Positions 59,126 through 64,000 of a stretch of 64,000 nt of DNA are shown here, one piece after another. The first letter of the stretch is position 1; the number at the start of each line of letters is the position of its first letter. The notes beneath the pieces are model-generated. The model had not been told where the DNA came from. It ran no database searches and was given only the letters and a program-made list of their open reading frames with translations. Made by a program: the position numbers and the translations under genes. Location: assembly GCA_900551015.1 (NCBI GenBank), contig URUI01000001.1, positions 400 to 64,399 of the forward strand, read 5' to 3'. This DNA comes from an uncultured Collinsella sp. Lineage in GTDB: Bacteria > Actinomycetota > Coriobacteriia > Coriobacteriales > Coriobacteriaceae.

Positions 59126-60340
59126 ATGGGCGTCACGCCGCCTCCCTGGACGGGTCCGGCGGTGGGCCTCATGGACCTCGATGCGTTTTTTGCGAGCGTG
59201 GAGATGCTCGATCATCCCGAATGGCGCGGAAAGCCGCTCATCGTGGGCGGAGACGCCGATTCGCGTGGCGTCGTGTCCACATGTTCGTATGAGGCACGTC
59301 GCTTTGGCGTGCACTCTGCCATGGCCTCGGCCGAGGCGCGGCGCTTGTGCCCGCAAGCCATTTGGACGCACGGGCACTTTGATCGCTACCGCGAGGTGAG
59401 CGCGCAGGTCATGGCGATTCTTGCCGAGGAGACGCCGCGCGTTGAGCGCGTATCCATCGACGAAGCCTTTATCGATATCACACCGGGTCGCTTTGCGCCC
59501 GAAGACCCGCTGCTGGTTGCGCGGCGTATAAGCGACCGCGTGGCAGCGCTGGGAGTGACCTGCTCCATTGGCGTGGGCTGCAACAAGACGGTTGCAAAGA
59601 TCGCAAGCGAGCGTGATAAGCCGTTTGGGCTGACCATCGTGCGCCCCGGAACCGAGCAGCGCTTTTTGGCCGCGCTGCCGGTATCTGCCATGAGCGGCAT
59701 CGGGCGCTCGGCCGAGGAGCGACTGCGCCGCATGCGCATCTACACCCTCGGCGAGCTATCACGTGCACCGGAATCCACCTTGGCCTCTATTTTTGGCATC
59801 AACGGCGAACGCATGCGCCAGCGTGCGCTAGGACTCGAAATCTCCGAAGTCACGAGTCTCGATGAAGAGCGCGAGGTCAAATCGGTCAGCAATGAACGCA
59901 CCTTTGCTAAAGATTTGACTGAGCGTGGGGATATTGAGGCGGCGATTGCGCTGCTGGGCGAGTCAGTGGGACGCCGCCTGCGCCGTCAGGGACTAACGGG
60001 CGCCACGGTGACGCTCAAGCTCAAGTATTCGTATGGAAACGGTCGCTCGGCACAGCGCCGGCTGCCTCATCCGACCGACGATGAGAACATCTTCGTGGCG
60101 GTTGCACTCGAACTGCTCGACAACATCTGGCAGGAAGGAATGCACGTGCGCTTAGCAGGCATCGGCATGAGCGACTTCGACCACCAAGGCGGCATCCAAA
60201 CCGACCTGTTCTGCGAGATCGATGACCGCGGAGCCCAATCCAGCGACCGCCGCGACCTCTCCGTCGCCATCGACGCCGTCCGAGACAAGTTCGGCGACAC
60301 CGCGCTATCCTTCGGCCGCCAATCCCGCTTCAACGATTAA
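59126..60340 (+). CDS. dinB: DNA polymerase IV (Y-family)
   Basis: DLDAFFASVE, the catalytic SIDEAF and a little-finger domain. I chose the second ATG (MGVTPPP) with a GAGGA RBS. The first ATG at 59087 has no RBS. Confidence 0.85.
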   Translation: MGVTPPPWTGPAVGLMDLDAFFASVEMLDHPEWRGKPLIVGGDADSRGVVSTCSYEARRFGVHSAMASAEARRLCPQAIWTHGHFDRYREVSAQVMAILAEETPRVERVSIDEAFIDITPGRFAPEDPLLVARRISDRVAALGVTCSIGVGCNKTVAKIASERDKPFGLTIVRPGTEQRFLAALPVSAMSGIGRSAEERLRRMRIYTLGELSRAPESTLASIFGINGERMRQRALGLEISEVTSLDEEREVKSVSNERTFAKDLTERGDIEAAIALLGESVGRRLRRQGLTGATVTLKLKYSYGNGRSAQRRLPHPTDDENIFVAVALELLDNIWQEGMHVRLAGIGMSDFDHQGGIQTDLFCEIDDRGAQSSDRRDLSVAIDAVRDKFGDTALSFGRQSRFND

Positions 60341-60348
60341 CCGCCTTT

Positions 60349-60392
60349 GGGCAAAAAGAAAGCTGGGCAGGTACGGAAAACCGCAACTGCCC
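60349..60392 (-). terminator. Probable terminator of the obg-nadD-yqeK-rsfS operon
   Basis: The minus-strand RNA reads CCGGGCAG-N16-CUGCCCAG followed by CUUUCUUUUUGCCC. The stem is short and the loop long, so this is moderate at best. Confidence 0.4.
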
Positions 60393-60406
60393 GGCAAAAT
60401 GCGCGA

Positions 60407-60438
60407 GGCTAACTAAAAGCCCCGTATCAAATGAGCCA
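60407..60438. repeat. Second copy of the ~30-nt motif (minus-strand TGGCTCATTTGATACGGGGCTTTTAGTTAGCC) directly after the rsfS stop; related to the motif after the PDRP stop
   Basis: Direct comparison with 52355-52413 (see the findings). Confidence 0.45.
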
Positions 60439-60894
60439 CTAGAGGAGGTCGAGGGGGAGCTGGGGGGCGTCACCCCAGAGCTTTTCTAGACGGTAGAAGT
60501 CGCGGGCTTCGGGAGTGAAGACGTGAACGACGACCGAGCCGTAGTCCATGAGCATCCAGGTCTTCTGCTCGCGGCCCTCGATGGAGAACGGATGCTCGCC
60601 GCAAGCCGCGGCGACCTTCTCCTCGATCTCGTCGACGATAGAATCGACCTGGCGGTTGTTGGTACCGGTGGCAAGCACAAAGTAGTCGCACACGTCGGAA
60701 AGCTCGGTCAGGTCGAGCACCTGCACGTCCTCGCCCTTCTTGTCGTAGGCGGCCTGCGCGGCGGCGCGGGCGACATCCTCGGCGGCGACACCGCTCGCGG
60801 ACAGCGAGGCGGCGGTGCGGTCGGACGTGGCAACGAAACTCTTGTGCTCCACACCTTCAAGAATCTGCTCGTCAGTCATGGTCTCGTCGGCCAT
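60439..60894 (-). CDS. rsfS: Ribosomal silencing factor RsfS (Iojap)
   Basis: The Iojap core (QVLDLTELSDVCDYFVLATGTNNRQVDSIVDEIEEK). I chose the ATG (MADETM) with an AAGAGGT RBS. Confidence 0.85.
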   Translation of the reverse strand: MADETMTDEQILEGVEHKSFVATSDRTAASLSASGVAAEDVARAAAQAAYDKKGEDVQVLDLTELSDVCDYFVLATGTNNRQVDSIVDEIEEKVAAACGEHPFSIEGREQKTWMLMDYGSVVVHVFTPEARDFYRLEKLWGDAPQLPLDLL

Positions 60895-60922
60895 GGAATA
60901 CCTCTTTCTAGACACACCCGAG

Positions 60923-61546
60923 CTAGCGCAGCTGGGCGTAATGGTTGTAAATCGTAATAGCCGTGGGATAAAGATAGCGCCCGGACTGGATCACATAGAC
61001 CAGACCCTGCGCAAAACAGGAGAAGAACAACTCGTCGAGCGAGGACTTCCCCACCATCTTGCGCAGCGCATGGGCATAGTCGCCGTGGCGGTTGGGCTCG
61101 ATGGCATCTGCCACAAAGACCACCATATCGAGCGGCGTCATGTCGCAAGCACCCACGGTGTGACGGTCGACAGCCTGAAAGACTGCCGGCGACAGCTCGG
61201 GAAAAAGCTGCGGAAGCTCATAGGCGGCAACAGGGCCATGCAAAAGCGGCGTCGCGGCGGAAGGAGAGCCGGCAACCTTGATGCCATAGTGAAGCGCGCG
61301 GGCCACGAGCTCGTCATCGGAAAGCACCTTGTCCCAGTCGTGAATTAAGCCGGCGGCAGCGGCATCAAAGCGGTCAACGCCGTAGACCTCGGCCAGATGA
61401 AGTGCGGTCTCGGCAACACCCAGCGAATGCACATAGCGCTTGCGCTTATCTTTCATGCGAACATCGAGCAGCTCTTGAATGCGCTTGAGCAGCGCGCGCT
61501 CATCGCCCTCAAACTGATCCTCTACCGGCAACGTAGCCCCCATCAC
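60923..61546 (-). CDS. yqeK: HD-domain protein YqeK (bis(5'-nucleosyl)-tetraphosphatase family)
   Basis: HSLGVAETA...GLIHDWDK is an HD motif. The position between nadD and rsfS is conserved. Confidence 0.85.
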   Translation of the reverse strand: MMGATLPVEDQFEGDERALLKRIQELLDVRMKDKRKRYVHSLGVAETALHLAEVYGVDRFDAAAAGLIHDWDKVLSDDELVARALHYGIKVAGSPSAATPLLHGPVAAYELPQLFPELSPAVFQAVDRHTVGACDMTPLDMVVFVADAIEPNRHGDYAHALRKMVGKSSLDELFFSCFAQGLVYVIQSGRYLYPTAITIYNHYAQLR

Positions 61547-62220
61547 TCAAAATCTTCTTGACCCAGATCGACATACAAACTGCGCTTGCGAATGTAGCCG
61601 AGCACAGACTCGCTCGTAAGATAGCGCACGCTCATGCCGCGGGCAACTCGCTTACGAATGTTCGTCGAGCTGATCGCCAGCGCCGGAATCTGAATATAGC
61701 GCACGTCGAACGGCAGCCCCGACTCTTTGATTCGGGCACGCGCCGTATCGATATCAAAGCCCGGTCGCGTCGCCGCAATAAAGGTAGCAAGCTCAGCGAT
61801 TCGTTCGGCATCATGCCAGGTCACAATATCGATAATCGCGTCGGCGCCCGTAATAAAGTAGAGCTTTACCTGCGGCGGATAAAAGTCGCGAAGGGCATGA
61901 AGCGTATCGGCCGTATAGGTTACGCCCGGACGGTCAATCTCGAACCGGCTCGCCAAAAAGGCCGGGTTCGCGGCGGTGGCGAGGACCGTCATGGCATAAC
62001 GGTCCTCGGCAGGCGTCACCGGCTTGTCAAGCTTAAAGGCGGGAGAGCCCGCCGGCATAAAGAGCACAGCGTCCAAGTCGAGCGACTCGCGTGCCTGCTC
62101 GGCAGTCACCAGGTGCCCGTAATGAATCGGGTCGAATGTGCCGCCCATAATGCCAAGCCGAAACTCTTTGCCCTCTTTTATGGGCAGCTCGGGCAAACCG
62201 ATTCCACCGCGCAGCGACAT
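61543..62220 (-). CDS. nadD: Nicotinate-nucleotide adenylyltransferase
   Basis: GIMGGTFDPIHYGHL is the (H/T)xGH motif. Confidence 0.9.
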   Translation of the reverse strand: MSLRGGIGLPELPIKEGKEFRLGIMGGTFDPIHYGHLVTAEQARESLDLDAVLFMPAGSPAFKLDKPVTPAEDRYAMTVLATAANPAFLASRFEIDRPGVTYTADTLHALRDFYPPQVKLYFITGADAIIDIVTWHDAERIAELATFIAATRPGFDIDTARARIKESGLPFDVRYIQIPALAISSTNIRKRVARGMSVRYLTSESVLGYIRKRSLYVDLGQEDFE

Positions 62221-62223
62221 GGC

Positions 62224-63702
<1,479 letters not shown>

Positions 63703-63775
63703 CTACAAAAAAGAGGGAGACCCTTGAATCCAAAAACTCAAGTGCCTCCCACATATGTGCTCTATGAAGGGTGAA

Positions 63776-64000
63776 TTACGCGTTCGCGAGCGGGCGTACG
63801 CTGACCCTGTGCTTGATACCCTTGTGGAACTCAACGGTACCGTCGACCAGCGCGAACAGCGTGTCGTCCTTGCCACGGCCAACGTTCTCACCCGGGTGGA
63901 TGTGCGTGCCGTGCTGACGGACGAGAATCGTGCCCGTGGTTACCGTCTGGCCGGCATAGCGCTTCGTGCCAAGGCGCTGACCGCGGGAGTCACGGCCATT
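63776..64000 (-). CDS. rpmA: 50S ribosomal protein L27, C-terminal ~75 aa; the 5' end runs past the window end
   Basis: Reverse translation gives ...[74 protein letters not shown]. This gene is absent from the track because its start lies outside the window. Confidence 0.9.
   Translation of the reverse strand, partial: NGRDSRGQRLGTKRYAGQTVTTGTILVRQHGTHIHPGENVGRGKDDTLFALVDGTVEFHKGIKHRVSVRPLANA

Overview
This is a high-GC (~62-65%) bacterial chromosomal window. Almost every gene is on the minus strand, so it probably lies on one replichore. Gene order is Firmicute-like: rpsB-tsf-pyrH-frr-uppS-cdsA-dxr-rseP-ispG-proS; lepA-hemW-..-dnaJ-mtaB-phoH-ybeY-dgkA-era-recO; rpsP-KH-rimM-trmD-lepB. Two neighbourhoods are actinobacterial: pyrF/mihF-gmk-rpoZ, and a pyrR-pyrB-pyrC-pyrK-pyrD-pyrF cluster lacking carAB. 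An actinomycete is consistent with this, and AdhE plus PPDK make a Coriobacteriia-type anaerobe plausible; that placement is inference only. About 60 CDSs are recognisable by eye, nearly all housekeeping: translation, tRNA modification, isoprenoid, pyrimidine and competence genes. No rRNA or tRNA gene and no CRISPR array were found. The only clearly mobile or accessory segment is a ~1.06-kb REP-associated tyrosine transposase (RAYT, IS200-like) element. It is bounded by 57-bp terminal inverted repeats and sits between rpmB and a plus-strand adhE plus small-molecule-kinase pair that is head-on to the prevailing gene orientation. I did not find a clear-cut novel multi-gene system. The most unusual items are: a second DnaJ paralog with a membrane anchor in place of the peptide-binding domain, the RAYT element, a repeated ~30-nt motif downstream of two unrelated genes, and several architecture oddities (Era, RseP, XerC). 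Coordinates follow the supplied ORF track. My own position counts disagreed with track coordinates by 1 nt at several checkpoints (up to 3 nt cannot be excluded), so small non-coding features I located by counting the sequence and internal start codons I re-picked carry that uncertainty. The many long plus-strand ORFs antisense to these genes are high-GC artefacts.
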